Part shown: positions 35,401-53,043 of the stretch, piece by piece | Layout: the number at the start of each line of letters is the position of its first letter | Numbering within the stretch: position 1 is the first letter of the stretch | Assembly (NCBI RefSeq): GCF_018350175.1 | Contig: NC_058381.1 | Span: 2,294,001 to 2,358,000, forward strand | Length of the DNA: 64,000 nt | Reading direction: 5' to 3' | From: Felis catus | Lineage: Eukaryota | Translations under genes and position numbers: made by a program | Notes under the pieces: model-generated | What the model was told of the DNA's origin: nothing | The model's database searches: none | The model's input: only the letters and a program-made list of their open reading frames with translations

Positions 35401-38400
35401 TCCTCTCTCACCATTCGGAAGGTACCGGCGACCCCGCCGCCTGCCCCCTCTCCCCGTCCCCTTTGCCTGCCACACTCGGATGCTCCCGGGCCCCGCCCCC
35501 CCCTTCCCGCCTTGGGCTAACACAGCCCAGCCTGAGGTCTGCCTGTCCCTGCCAGGGTTGTTCCAGAAGGCCATCGCCCAGAGCGGCACCGCCATCTCCA
35601 GCTGGTCGGTCAACTACCAGCCGCTCAAGTACACGCGGCTGCTGGCGGCCAAGGTGGGCTGCGACCGCGAGGACAGCGCCGAGGCCGTGGAGTGTCTGCG
35701 CCGGAAGCCTTCCCGGGAGCTGGTGGACCAGGATGTCCAGCCCGCCCGGTATGGGGGTGGGAGAGGGCCCGGGCCAGGCCTTCACTTGCCTTGTTGGTTC
35801 CAAGGAGGTTGAGGGTGAGAGGTGCCCGCAGGCAAGGAGAGGTGGGCTTCGGGCCCCCCCTACCGGCCCCACCTTCTTCTCTCGGAAGCCGTCCCTAGGT
35901 GGAGGTGCCCAAACAGAGCGAGGGGGCGCACGGTGCCATGAGGTGCTTCAGGGACGACTTCCCGAGAGGCCAAGCGCCCTGAAGGACTCAGGAGATTTTT
36001 AAGTAGGGGAGAAGGGTCTTGCGAGCACAGGGCTCGGCAGGCTATGAGCTGAGAGGAGGCCAGGGGGCAGGTGATGAGACCCTGACCCCTTCTCCCCAGC
36101 TACCACATCGCCTTCGGGCCCGTGGTGGACGGTGACGTCGTCCCCGATGACCCTGAGATCCTCATGCAGCAGGGAGAATTCCTCAACTATGACATGCTCA
36201 TTGGTGTCAACCAAGGAGAAGGCCTCAAGTTCGTAGAGGACTCGGCGGAGAGCGAGGACGGCGTCTCCGCCAGCGCCTTCGACTTCACCGTCTCCAACTT
36301 CGTGGACAACCTGTATGGCTATCCGGAGGGCAAGGATGTGCTTCGAGAGACCATCAAGTTCATGTACACGGACTGGGCCGACCGGGACAACGGCGAGATG
36401 CGCCGAAAGACGCTGCTTGCGCTGTTTACAGACCACCAGTGGGTGGCGCCGGCCGTGGCCACCGCCAAGCTGCACGCCGACTACCAGTCCCCGGTCTACT
36501 TTTATACCTTCTACCACCACTGCCAGGCGGAGGGCCGGCCCGAGTGGGCGGACGCAGCGCACGGGGACGAGCTACCCTACGTCTTCGGCGTGCCCATGGT
36601 GGGCGCCACCGACCTCTTCCCCTGCAACTTCTCCAAGAATGACGTCATGCTCAGCGCCGTGGTCATGACCTACTGGACCAACTTCGCCAAGACCGGGTGA
36701 GGGCCGGCGGGGCCGGGTGGGGCGCCCCCTGCAGGCCAAGGCGCGCACACCCTCCATCCTCCGCGCGGTCTCCCTCGCGCCCCCCCTCCACAGTCGTCAT
36801 TCCGCCATCTAACCCTGACCCCTCTCCGCCCAGGCACCTGTTGGACGCCTCCTCAGTGCCACGCACTGACCGTCCGCGGGGTCCGACAGAGAGGGCCCTG
36901 TCCTTCGCGGGGTGGGGCGGCTCGCTTGGCGGCTTTGGCTCCGGGTCGGTCTCTCCCGCCCTCCTCCCTCTCTCCCGACACTCTGCTCTCGGTCTGATGC
37001 TCTGGGCTGTGTATGGGAGCGTGTGTGGGGACTTGTGTCTGTCCGGCTCTCTCTCACCGTTTCTTCGGATCCACGGATGCCTCTCCCTCTCTCTCTTCTG
37101 TTTACCTTTTGCCTGCTGGTTTCTCTCCTGTGTCTTCGACTCTCGGTTTCTGACTTTTTTATTTATTTTTGAGAGCTACAGACAGAACGCGAGCAGGGGA
37201 GGGGCAGAGAGACAGACGGAGAGAGAGGGGGATGGAGACACAGAATCCGAAGCAGGCTCCAGGCTCTGAGCTGTCAGCCCAGAGCCCGATGCGGGGCTCG
37301 AACCCAGGAGATGTGAGGTCACGACCTGAGCCGAGTCGGACGCTTAACCTACTGAGCCACCCAGGCGCCCCTCTAAAATGTGTCCCTCTCCCTCAGTCGC
37401 AGCTGCTGCCCCTCTCACTGGCTGTCTCTCTTCCTGTCTCGCATTCTCTGGCTTTCCTTCCGTGTCCCGGGCTCTCCGCATCTCTGTGGGGCGCGCGCGC
37501 GCGCGCGCGCGCGCACACACACACACACCGTCCCCCACCCCCTCCCCCTCGGGGCCTCCCCCTCACTCCCCCTCTCCCTGCCCTCCTGTGCCCACAGCGA
37601 CCCCAACCAGCCGGTGCCGCAGGACACCAAGTTCATCCACACCAAGCCCAACCGCTTCGAGGAGGTCGTGTGGAGCAAGTTCAACAGCAAGGAGAAGCAG
37701 TACCTGCACATCGGCCTGAAGCCGCGCGTGCGCGACAACTACCGCGCCAACAAGGTGGCCTTCTGGCTGGAGCTCGTGCCGCACCTGCACAACCTGCACA
37801 CGGAGCTCTTCACCACCACCACGCGCCTGCCGCCCTACGCCACGCGCTGGCCGCCGCGCCCCCCGCCCGGCGCCCCGGGCACCCGCCGGCCCCCGCCGCC
37901 CGCCACGCTGCCGCCCGAGCCCGAGCCCGAGCCGGGGCCCCGGGCCTACGACCGCTTCCCCGGGGACTCCCGAGACTACTCCACGGAGCTCAGCGTCACG
38001 GTGGCCGTGGGCGCCTCGCTCCTCTTCCTCAACATCCTCGCCTTCGCCGCGCTCTACTACAAGCGGGACCGGCGGCAGGAGCTGCGGTGCCGGCGGCTCA
38101 GCCCCCCGGGCGGCTCGGGCTCCGGCGTGCCGGGAGGGGGCGCCCTGCTGCCCGCCGCCGGCCGCGAGCTGCCGCCCGAGGAGGAGCTCGTGTCGCTGCA
38201 GCTGAAGCGGGCGGGCGGCGTCGGGGCGGACCCCGCCGAGGCCCTGCGCCCCGCCTGCCCGCCCGACTACACCCTGGCCCTGCGCCGGGCGCCGGACGAC
38301 GTGCCTCTGCTGGCCCCCGGGGCCCTGACCCTGCTGCCCAGCGGCCTGGGGCCCCCGCCGCCGCCGCCGCCCCCCTCCCTCCACCCCTTCGGGCCCTTCC

Positions 38401-38471
38401 CCCCGCCGCCCCCCACCGCTACCAGCCACAACAACACGCTACCGCACCCCCACTCCACCACTCGGGTATAG
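29418..38471 (+). CDS. NLGN2: Neuroligin-2 (catalytically dead cholinesterase-like ectodomain, TM helix, PDZ-binding C-terminus)
   Basis: Coding exon 1 starts at 29418 ([15 protein letters not shown]) and its 3' end is in N-gap 29632-29899. The 51-nt splice-site-A exon is not visible (probably in gap 32592-32779). Visible exons 34913-35062, 35236-35421, 35556-35748, 36100-36696, 37598-38471. GSGAG replaces the esterase GxSxG; PDYTLALRR motif; ends HSTTRV*. Confidence 0.97.
37155..37371 (-). mobile_element. Feliform CAN-SINE in the last NLGN2 intron
   Basis: Full head and body with a T-rich tail. Confidence 0.9.
37491..37528. repeat. (GC)12(AC)7 alternating purine-pyrimidine microsatellite
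   Basis: Read directly from the sequence. Confidence 0.95.
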
Positions 38472-40676
38472 GGGGCGGCGGGGGGAGGCCCTCCTCCTCC
38501 CCAGCCGTCCCCCCACCCCCACCAACCCCCCACCCCCCACCCCCCGCCGGCGGGCAGTGCCGCTCGGGAGGCAGGGAGGACCGCTCGGCGACAGGCTTTT
38601 CCTGCGCGGGGAGTGGCGGGGGCGGGGGCGGGGGCGGGGGGGGGGGCGGTGGGCGTCACGCGCGGAGGAGCATGAGGTGGACACGGGTTTTCCTCGCCAG
38701 GATGCCGAGAGGCCCTTTCTCTTCTCTGGACCTGGGCCTCGGAACAACTCGGGGGGGGCGTTTCGTCCCCTCCATTGGGACACCAGTCTTAGGTGTGCGG
38801 AAACGTGGAAGTATTTTCCCACGTGGAGGTGTGCTTTCTCACGAGGGGGTGCGTTTTGCCATGTGCAGGGTGAGGTTTTTTTTTTGCCGCCCTGGACACA
38901 TGTTGGCCCCCTCGAAGAGTTTCTGCGGGGATTTGTACCCCAGAATCCCGTTCCCTCCTGCCTTCTCCCACCTCCTCCCCTCCCCCACCCCATGGAGACC
39001 CTGGAAATGGCGTGTTCACGGACCCGTGACCCTTGGCCACCGGACAGACACAGCAGGGTGGTGCCTGGGAAGCAGCGAGGAAATCACAGTCCCCCCGCCC
39101 ACCCCCACCCCGGCTCCCTGCCCCACCCCCCTCTGCCCCAGCCAAGCATGTTTATTCCCCCCACCCCTGGCATATGTCAGATGAAGCACGTTCTCTGGGT
39201 GGGCCTGGCCTTCGCAGACGACAGACACAGATTCCCTGCCAGGGGGAGGGAGGGAGGAGATCCGTGCACCCCCGTGCTCCCCGGGGAACTTGTTTCCCCA
39301 CGGGTCCGGGACACATTTCTCCTGGTGGAAACGCCTTCTTGCATGTGGATGTGTGTGTTCCCATGCGGACGGCCCCCGGCTCTCCGGCGCTCCTTGGCCT
39401 CCCCGCCAGGTCCAAGAAGGCCTAGCGCCCCGTTCCTCCCCACCCGGCAGGTGGGGACAGACTCCAGACAGACAGAAGCTGGGGGTGGGGGTGGGGGGAT
39501 GTACAACTCCTGGGGGCAGAGCTCTGCCCCTCTCCAAGAGATGCTAAGTTGGGGGGGGGCATGGCGTGCCACCCACAGAGGCCATGCATGTTTGACCAAA
39601 GCCCTCACTGGGGTCTGAGGACAGCCTTTCCCTCAGTCCTCAGATCATTGCTTATCCGTGCCAAACTGCGTAGGTGGGTTTGAGGGGTGGGGTGGGGGGA
39701 AGACCCTCAAAACGTGCCAAGGATTCCCCAGTCCTGGGCCAGGGCAGGTAACTGTGGAGACAGGGGGGGACACGGGGTGGGGGGGGAGGGGAAGCGGCAG
39801 CTACAAGGGTCCCGCCCGTGTCTCCGCTCTTCACTGTGTCTCATCCCCTCCCTCGGTGCCTCGGTGTCCTAATCCCCCAACCCTGTCTCCCTCTTTGAAG
39901 CCATCCCGTCTCGATGTCAGACCACCTTCTCCCCTTGGATGTCCTCCCCTTCTCTGACCTGGCCCCCCCCTTCCCTCGGCCGGCCAGGGCTCAAGGAAAG
40001 GCGCGGGGGAGAGCAGGGGGGCGAGGCTTCGAGGGACAGGTTGGGGAGAGAATGAGGTCAGCCGTGCCCAGGAACAGATGGAGGGGCAGTGGGGGGCGGG
40101 GCCTGGGCAGACAGCAGCAGGGAGAATCTGAAAGGACATGTGTGAGGTGACTGCCCGGGAAGGAGGTGCCCCAGGACAAAGGGCTTGGGCCTCTGGGGAC
40201 AGGAACGTCGTCAGGAAGGGTTTGAAGGGACACCAGCAGGAGGAGCATCCTCGCCTGCTGGCATTTTGCGGGTTTGTGCCAAACTTGAGTAGGGGGTGGG
40301 GTGCCGTCTTCCACACCCGGGTCCAGAACCCCTGGCCTTGGCTCCCCAAAGCCCTTGCCTCCTGACTGTCCCTTCTCCCACCTCCCCCCATGGAGACTTA
40401 GTTCTTTTCTGCCCCCTTCCCTTGCCTGGTCTAGCTCCTCTCCAAACAGCCACGTCCTCTAAATGCTAGGGACCTGGGCCCCAAACCCTGTAGACAGATG
40501 CCCCCCCCAAGCTGGGGCACGGGAGGGGGGCTGGGGGACCCCATGATTCAGCCACGGACTCCAATGCCCAGCCCCTCTCCCCAGAACAACCCCCTGACAA
40601 TCCCATGTCCCTGCCCCAACCCTTCGCGGCTCTGTACACATTTTTAAACCTGGCAAAAGATGAAGAGAATATTGTA

Positions 40677-40684
40677 AATATAAA
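40677..40684 (+). terminator. Candidate non-canonical NLGN2 poly(A) signal (AATATA/TATAAA)
   Basis: AT-rich block TGTACA...ATTGTAAATATAAAA at the end of the roughly 2.2 kb 3' UTR, just before the SPEM1 upstream region. Confidence 0.5.
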
Positions 40685-41006
40685 AATTTAACTGTTGTTC
40701 GTGCGTGCTCTGATGGGGGTGGGGGCCCGAGGAAACGAGCCGTCGGGAGGCCCCCCTGCCCGCGCCGGGGAGGCAGTCGGAGCCCACAGCCCATCTCGGC
40801 TGATGGCTTCGAAGGCTGAGAGAAAGGGGGAGAGGGTGCTGGGGTGAGGCTGCTATGGTGGCAGGGTTGTTTGGGGAGTTCCGTTCGGGGCCCAGGTGTG
40901 GGCAGGGGATGAGCCTGGTGTAGAGGAGGAGCGGGCAGGGGCTGATGGGGGCGGGCAGCAGACAGGCCAGAGGGTCGGCCACGGGCCCAAGACCCTCCCT
41001 CTTGGC

Positions 41007-41042
41007 ACATTGTGAGGGAGAGCCCCGGCATCATTGTGACCC
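41007..41042 (+). promoter_or_regulatory. SPEM1 upstream paired CATTGTGA element
   Basis: ACATTGTGAG at 41007 and TCATTGTGAC at 41031; the same pair precedes SPEM2 and SPEM3. Confidence 0.6.
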
Positions 41043-41146
41043 GCTTACCCCCAGGAGCTTCTGGGACGGGCGGGCGGGCGGGCGGGCAGACGCTGTGGGC
41101 ACAGTGGGCTGGGGGCCTAGGGGCCCCGGTGGCCCCAGGGACCCCC

Positions 41147-42372
41147 ATGGCCATGGCTGAGCGGCCACGGCCTGGGTGGGCCTCATATCCCAGCTCCAGC
41201 ACCAACAGCTGTCAGGACCTGGGCAACTCCATCCTGTTGCTGCTGGGTCTCATCATCTGCATTAACATTGGCATCAATATGGTGACGCTGGTCAGGGCGG
41301 TTCTGGCGGGAGGGGGACGGCAGGAGGGCTGGGGGAGGGCCTGGTGGCTGGGGCCTGCCTGGGGTCATTGTGTTCTCCATCGCCTAGCTCTGGCGCAGAC
41401 TCCGCGCCTTCTTACATCGGGTGTTCCATGTCGTTTATGAGAAAGGTAAGCGGAGGCTGCTGGGGGCATAGGAGAGGCAGGACCCAGGGGTCTCCAGGCC
41501 TGACCCAGAGCCGGCCCCTTCCCCTCCAGCTCTCCCCTCTCAGACCCCACGGCGGTGCCCCCTCTCCTCCCACCCCGCACCCTGCCCTCCCCATCCCTGG
41601 AGGAACCAGCCTCCCCCCCCCCCCCCAGCCTCTCGCCTCCCCTCGATCCACAGAAGCTTCTAAGCCATCCTCACCTGAGAAGCAGACCCAGCCTCTGAAA
41701 CAGAGCGCCCCTGCGGTCCACCTTCGATGCACCATGGACCCCGTGAAAATGACCGTGACCCCCCCACCCACTCGCCGCCATCGCCACAGGGGCTCCTCGA
41801 GGCGCCGGGGGCACCACCCGGTCGCCTGGGCCCCCGACACCGACGACGAGGAGAAGCCCCCACATCGGCACCCAGCAGTCTGCTCCCACAACTGGGATCA
41901 CTGCGCAGACTGGGAAACCTTCCGATCCACCCAGGGGCTCTGGGCTCCCCACACCATTCGCTTCCAGCAGACCGTAGAAGGAAAGCCCCTCAAAGGAGAG
42001 ATGCCGTCGGAGCTGGGCCTGGAGGCCTACGTGTACCCGGTGAACCCCCCACCCCCGAGCCCAAAGGCCCTGAGCCACGACAACTGTGGGGCGGGCGCGG
42101 GCGCAGGGGCCGGGGCCCAGGCCGAGCAGGAGCAGGGCGCCCCTGCCCCTCCGGCCCCGCCCCCTGCCCGGGGCCCCGCAATCGTCCCCGACCTCCCCGG
42201 GCGCCCCTCCTCGCGCCGCGTATTGTATGACGCCCGAGAAGTGAGGCGGCGCCTCCGGGAGCTGACCCGCGAGGTGGAGGCCCTGTCCCACTGCTACCCG
42301 CTGATCTCCAAGTCCAGCAATGCCGAAGGGACGGGCAAGGACTGGGTATACCGTTCCCTGGCAGAGAGGTGA
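41147..42372 (+). CDS. SPEM1: Spermatid maturation protein 1; 3 exons, 306 aa
   Basis: Exons 41147-41290, 41388-41445, 41654-42372, total 921 nt. MAMAERPRPGWASY...QDLGNSILLLLGLIICINIGINMVTL (hydrophobic helix), VHLRCTMDPV, C-terminus DWVYRSLAER*. Confidence 0.93.
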
Positions 42373-42382
42373 CCGGGAGACA

Positions 42383-42388
42383 AATAAA
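42383..42388 (+). terminator. SPEM1 poly(A) signal
   Basis: AATAAA 11 nt after the TGA. Confidence 0.75.
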
Positions 42389-42899
42389 AGGAAGAGAGGA
42401 GGTGGTTTGTGATGGTGTGGGGGGGAGGGGGGTGCCAGGGCCCCCACGGCACCCAAAAGCCCTGGTCGCTAAGACAACGCTCTCCCTGGCAACAGGGCCT
42501 AGAGAGCCCTAAGGACCCTCATCCACCTCTTGGCTGCCCTGGGCCCTGCCCGCAGCTCTTTCTTCCTTCCAACGTTCCCACCTGTAGCTCCCCTGTTTCC
42601 CTTTGTGCCCAGAGCAGGCCCCCCAAATCCCTCCCCGGATCCTCAGGCAGACCTGCACTAGAGGGGGACCCCAGCCCCATGGCCCTAGCCCTCGAGCAGC
42701 CTGGTTTCCGCCAGAGGTAGGCTGCAGCCACAGGGCGCGGTGTGGTTGCCTCTTAAGCTCTGGTTTCTTGGAGGGTGGCCGGCCGACCGAGAGATCCAGG
42801 CCTTCAGAATTTCCCGGTCGGGACCTGAGGTTCTCGTACCCCAGAGCAGGCTCAGAGCAGAGGATGAAATCCTGGGGACATTCTCTGTGACTTCGCTCC

Positions 42900-43020
42900 T
42901 CTGATTAGCACCTGCCTGTCACAATGAGGCGAGCGAGGCTCAGGGAGGATAAGGGACTTATTCGCGGTCACACAGACACCAGGGATCAACCTCACGGCCC
43001 CTGAGGCTCCGGGCACTGCT
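42900..43020 (-). mobile_element. Degenerate MIR fragment
   Basis: GAGGCTCAGGGAGG.TAAGGGACTT...GGTCACACAG resembles the MIR core. Confidence 0.5.
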
Positions 43021-44066
43021 CCCGCGGGTAGATTTCACGGCCACCGAGTCAGCCTGGCCCAGCAGAATCTCCCACCTTCCTCAGCTTGCCGTGTGAACTC
43101 ATCAGAATATTCCATCCACAGAGAGCAGGGAAACCCAGGCCCTACCCCACTCCTAGACAGTTGGGGTCACAGGCATGCACCCGCGTACACGTGCACAGGC
43201 ACGACCTTAGGGAAGGGAAGCCACGTGAGGGCAGGCGCCCAGGCGGAAGCAGCTTGGACCTCACCTTCCGGAGCAGGTGGAGTCCTGGAAGGCCCTTTGT
43301 GAATCAGCCTGCTTTAAGCTGATTCCCTTCAGTGAGTATGTCCCTACTAGGCGTTTGGAGGCTGGAGGGGAAACGCCCTGCCCGTCGGCTCTTCCTTTTT
43401 TGCTGAGTTGTTCCTCAAGCCAACAAAAGACTAGAGGTCCCTGGGGCACCACTTGCACGGACCCCCAGCGACAAACCTGGTTTAAAAGAAGACTCCTTTT
43501 GGCACATGGACAATTACATCCGAGCGGTGCTTTGTGTATTTCATGAGTTTTTTCTTCAGGTGGGAGCCAACAGTGTTTCAACTTGGAGGGATGGGCCAGT
43601 GCGAGGGCAGTTGGTTAGGAAGGGGAGAGACCACGGTTGGCGGTGGTCCCTGGCGGAGCGACCCCGGCAAGGCGGTGGTCAGTCTTGCTCTGAAGCGAAG
43701 CAGTCGCTGGGTTCAGTGACCACCACGCCTATGGCTGCAGCCACTGGCAGGACAGGGAGAGAAAACTGCAACCCTAGAGGGGACTCTCGCTGTCACCTTA
43801 GCTGCTGGCCCCAAGTGGGCGCGGGTGGAGCGTTCCATCAGGCTACTAAGCTGCCCTAAGGTCTCGAAAGAACAATGCACTGGAGGAAATCCTTTCTGGC
43901 TGATTCGGTCCCTATGAAGACTGTCTTGTAACCACAGCTACCATATTTTGCAAAACCGCAATCAGATGTTGACTTAAGCAAAGCCCTATGGAGACAGACA
44001 AAGGGAGCTCTGGGGTATCTGGGGACTGGACTCCCATCAGGTCGCAGCCAAGGTCAGAGACGGCCA

Positions 44067-44145
44067 TATAAAGAGCAAGCCGAGTGGATAAAGGAGCTGC
44101 CAGATGCTCATTGTGACTCCCCTGCCATGTGCCTCATTGTGACCC
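44067..44145 (+). promoter_or_regulatory. SPEM2 upstream TATAAA plus paired TCATTGTGAC element
   Basis: TATAAA at 44067-44072; TCATTGTGAC at 44108 and 44134. Confidence 0.6.
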
Positions 44146-44238
44146 AACAGCCTCACCAGCTGGTAGGTGTCCCCAGGTCCTGGCATGAGCACAGTGTGGG
44201 CGGGGCGGGGGGGGGCGCGGTGGCCCAGGTGGCCCTAG

Positions 44239-45981
<1,743 letters not shown>

Positions 45982-46028
45982 CCGGCGGGGAACACGGGCG
46001 GTGGGGGGGCGGGGGGCGTGGAGAGAGG

Positions 46029-46034
46029 AATAAA
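46029..46034 (+). terminator. SPEM2 poly(A) signal
   Basis: AATAAA about 48 nt after the TGA. Confidence 0.75.
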
Positions 46035-46623
46035 GAGCAACCAAGTCCAGGAAGCGCTGTGATGTTCTGTGGCTTGGAATCGCCCCCTCCTCCTGCCAGC
46101 CCGGGGCCCTGCTCTTGGCTTCCTGACACGAGAAGCCAGTGTCCCCTTCTCGGCGGCGGCCACCCCCCCGTCCCCCCCCCCCCCCCCCCGTCCAGTGCCA
46201 TGCACTAAGGACATCTTGCAGCGGCAGACTCCAAACCACGGGTCCCTGAGCACCTACGCTGGGTCCCTGTCACCCTGATCCCAAAGTGGGCTCAGAGGCA
46301 CAGCCCCACGCGAGACCGTGAGGTCAGATTCCAGACCCGTGGGTTCCACGTGTGGGCAGAGCCGGGACCACGGCCCAGCAAAGGGCAGGAAGCATGCCAG
46401 GGCTCTGGGGTCCAGCCGGGCCTTCCCCAGGGCTCTGAGGCCAAGGTCTCCCCGGCCTCAGGAGCCGCCAAGGGGATGGAATGTGCGTGTTTGATGGAGT
46501 GAGGCAGCGGGCAGTGGGGGACCCAGCCAGGGCCGCGGGGCAGGCACGCCGGCTTCCAGGCCCCACCTGACCGTCCGGGCTCAGGTGACCTAGTTACCAG
46601 GGCACACTGTCCCCGGCCCTCCC

Positions 46624-50567
<3,944 letters not shown>

Positions 50568-50723
50568 GAGACAAGAGAAGCGTTCTGTGGTTGGTTGAGG
50601 ACATCCACCCCAGCCCCATTCCCGACGCTGGCCAGCCACGGGGCCTCAGGAAGACTGGCGCTAGCCTTGTCCCTGCTCCTGCATTGCCACGTAGCGAAAC
50701 CCATTGTCCCCAAGGCCCTCGAG

Positions 50724-51035
50724 CTGCATTGTCCGATACAGTAGCCACTGGCCACATATGGCGATTAAAACGTAATTTAACGAAAAGTAAACAAACTTCA
50801 GGGGCGCCTGGCACAGTTAGGTGGGGCGCGTAATTCTTGATCTCGGGCTCATGAGTTCAAGCCCCCCACTTTAAAAAAATGAAAGCAAAACAAAAACAAA
50901 AAGAGTAAAATCCTGTTCCTCAGTCTCAGCATCTACATTTCAAGGGCCCAATAGGCACGGGTGGCTACTATATTGGACGGCACAGATTCAGAACATTTCC
51001 ATCGTCGCAGAAAATCCTGATGGACGGCAGTGCTT
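50724..51035. mobile_element. MER3-type hAT-Charlie element interrupted by a short CAN-SINE (about 50800-50905)
   Basis: TGTCC.ATAC.GTAGCCACT.GCCACAT...TTCCTCAGTC...ACATTTCAAG...GTGGCTACTATATTGGAC...AGAACATTTCCATC.TC.CAGAAA. Confidence 0.75.
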
Positions 51036-52001
51036 TATTTAGAGTTTAGCGAAACTTTTCCTTTCCCTCGTCGCCCAAACCCACCATCGTCAAAGCTCCC
51101 ACAGAACCCGGAGAACTTCGTTGTTTTTAGTGTGACTGAGAGGTCACCCTCTGGGGAGGAGGGAAGGTGTAGGGGTACCCTTTGCCTGATCACCCCAAAA
51201 CTGTGAGATAGAGCCTCGCCCTCAGTTTTCTCAATCAAGTCTCTTGGGTCACAGCCAGATATATGGGAACCTGCCTCCCCAGTTCTGGGCTGTGTTTTGG
51301 GGCTCGAGGTGGCCGAGGGAGAAGGGTTCTCTTTGTCAATGACTGGGAACCCCTGATTTCTGGGCTCCCCAAATTGAGCTCTGGATTCTGAGAGGTCCCC
51401 TCCACGGGCCACTATAATTTTTCTCGGTGTCTCTGCTTCATTCTCTTGCCATTGACTCAGGCTTATCTCACTTCAGACCCAGTCCCCAGGGTGGGAGGAG
51501 AGGGGAGGGCACCTGGTCCAGCCATGGGTCGCTCTGAGCTGTGAGCCTGTCCCTGGTTTCCTGTGGCTCTGTCTTCTCGTTCTGGCTCCTAGTCTCATCC
51601 CCGACTTAAGCTGTGCCTCTGATAGCCGTGGTAACTGAAAGCCATTTTTTCTCTTGATAATTTCCCCTTGCCCTGCCCCAGCCCAGCTGGGATTTTCCTC
51701 TGGACTTGATTTTTTGGTCCTGATAACTCTTCCATGTACATACACGAGCTGGCAGATGTCAAAGTGGTTTTTTTTTTTTCCCTGCCCTCACTCGTGTCTG
51801 AGGTGGGCATCATTAATATGCAGGTCCCTTCCCTGAGCCAGATGTGTATTCCTGGGTCACCTCCTGTGTGTTCTTGCTTACCCCTGACTCCAAAGAGATG
51901 CCTCCCCACCCAGCTGTGAGCCGCTTTCCAACACCCCTCTGGCTCAGCTCTATCATGGGCAACCTTCGTAGGCTGCAGTCTCTTCTCTAAAATGCAGTTA
52001 T

Positions 52002-52151
52002 GGGGGGCACCTGGGTAGCTCAGTCGGCTAAGCACGCCAGTCCACTCAGGTCACGATCTCGAGGTTTGTGAGTTCCGGCCCCATATTGAGGGGTCTTCAC
52101 CGACAATGCTTGGGATTCTCTCTCTCTCAAAATAAACTTAAAAAATAAAAT
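52002..52151 (+). mobile_element. CAN-SINE with TSD
   Basis: TSD AAAATGC(A/G)GTTA at 51989-52000 and 52152-52163. Confidence 0.85.
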
Positions 52152-52399
52152 AAAATGCGGTTAGGATCGCATGGGCGAACCCTCCTAGGTCTAAGCGATT
52201 AGGGCTCCTCCACTCACACAAGGGATCCGGAGACCCCTATTTCTCCCCGGGCTCTGGGGTGTGTCCCCCACTATTATCTGCTGTTCAGATCCATCCTCTG
52301 TCCCAACCCCACGGGATCTTTTTGTGCCTGGCTGACCTGGGCTCGAAAGTCACGAACAGTTGATCTCCATAGAAACTACAACTTCCATCAGGCACTACT

Positions 52400-53043
52400 T
52401 CAGCGGAACAGGAAAGGATGTGGGGGCGTGGCCCCAACGCCCTGGTAGCTCGGAAGACAAACTACAACCCCCAGGACAGCGCGAGATCTCAGCAGAGGGA
52501 AGAGTGACTGAGCTCTGGCTGGAGGCGAGGCCGGCCCGGAACCACCAGGCCGGCCGCCAGAAGGGGGCGTGGTCGCCATGGGGGGCGTGGCCCTAGGAGC
52601 TACAGGAAGAAGACACCTGTTGAACCTTTCCATCCGTTCCCTTCCCAGCCCTTGCAGCTGCCCCTGAGAGGGAAGCCGCAGGCCACAAGCCTCTTCCCTT
52701 CCCAAATAGGTGAGTGGAGGTAGACAAGGGGCGGCGGCGGAGACTATTTCATCCCGCAGGAGGGGCCTAACGGCTACTTTTTACCTGCTGAGTCAGGTGA
52801 GCCGCTCCACGGGGGCGGGGACCAGCGTGTGAGAAAAGGGCAACGCCGGAGGAGGTATTTACTGGTTCGTTTTCAAGACTAAATTTAGAGCCCTCCATCT
52901 GCAGACCCATTGACGAACTGTGCTTGGGCTCGCTCCGCCTGGGGAAGCGAGAAGAACGCGGGCGACTTTTTGGCAGCAAAGGAACGGCCCGTCTAAGCTT
53001 CCTCCCGTCCGTGTTTTCCCCTAGCCCCAAACGATTGAGCTGC
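52400..53043 (+). promoter_or_regulatory. TMEM102 promoter and non-coding exon 1
   Basis: GGGGCGTGGC boxes near 52423 and 52582, donor AG|GTGAGT at 52709/52710, and acceptor CCCTAG ending at 53024 just before the ATG exon. Confidence 0.6.

Noticed and set aside
37169-39184. 671-aa plus-strand ORF overlapping the last NLGN2 exon in another frame
   Set aside because: Starts at a TTG inside a SINE and is a GC-driven shadow frame. It only implies that frameshifts in this exon would yield long aberrant tails.
42730-44060. Searched for a fourth SPEM paralogue or remnant between SPEM1 and SPEM2, prompted by the extra motif copy at 42918
   Set aside because: No hydrophobic LLLLG..IN exon or 58-nt second exon on either strand.
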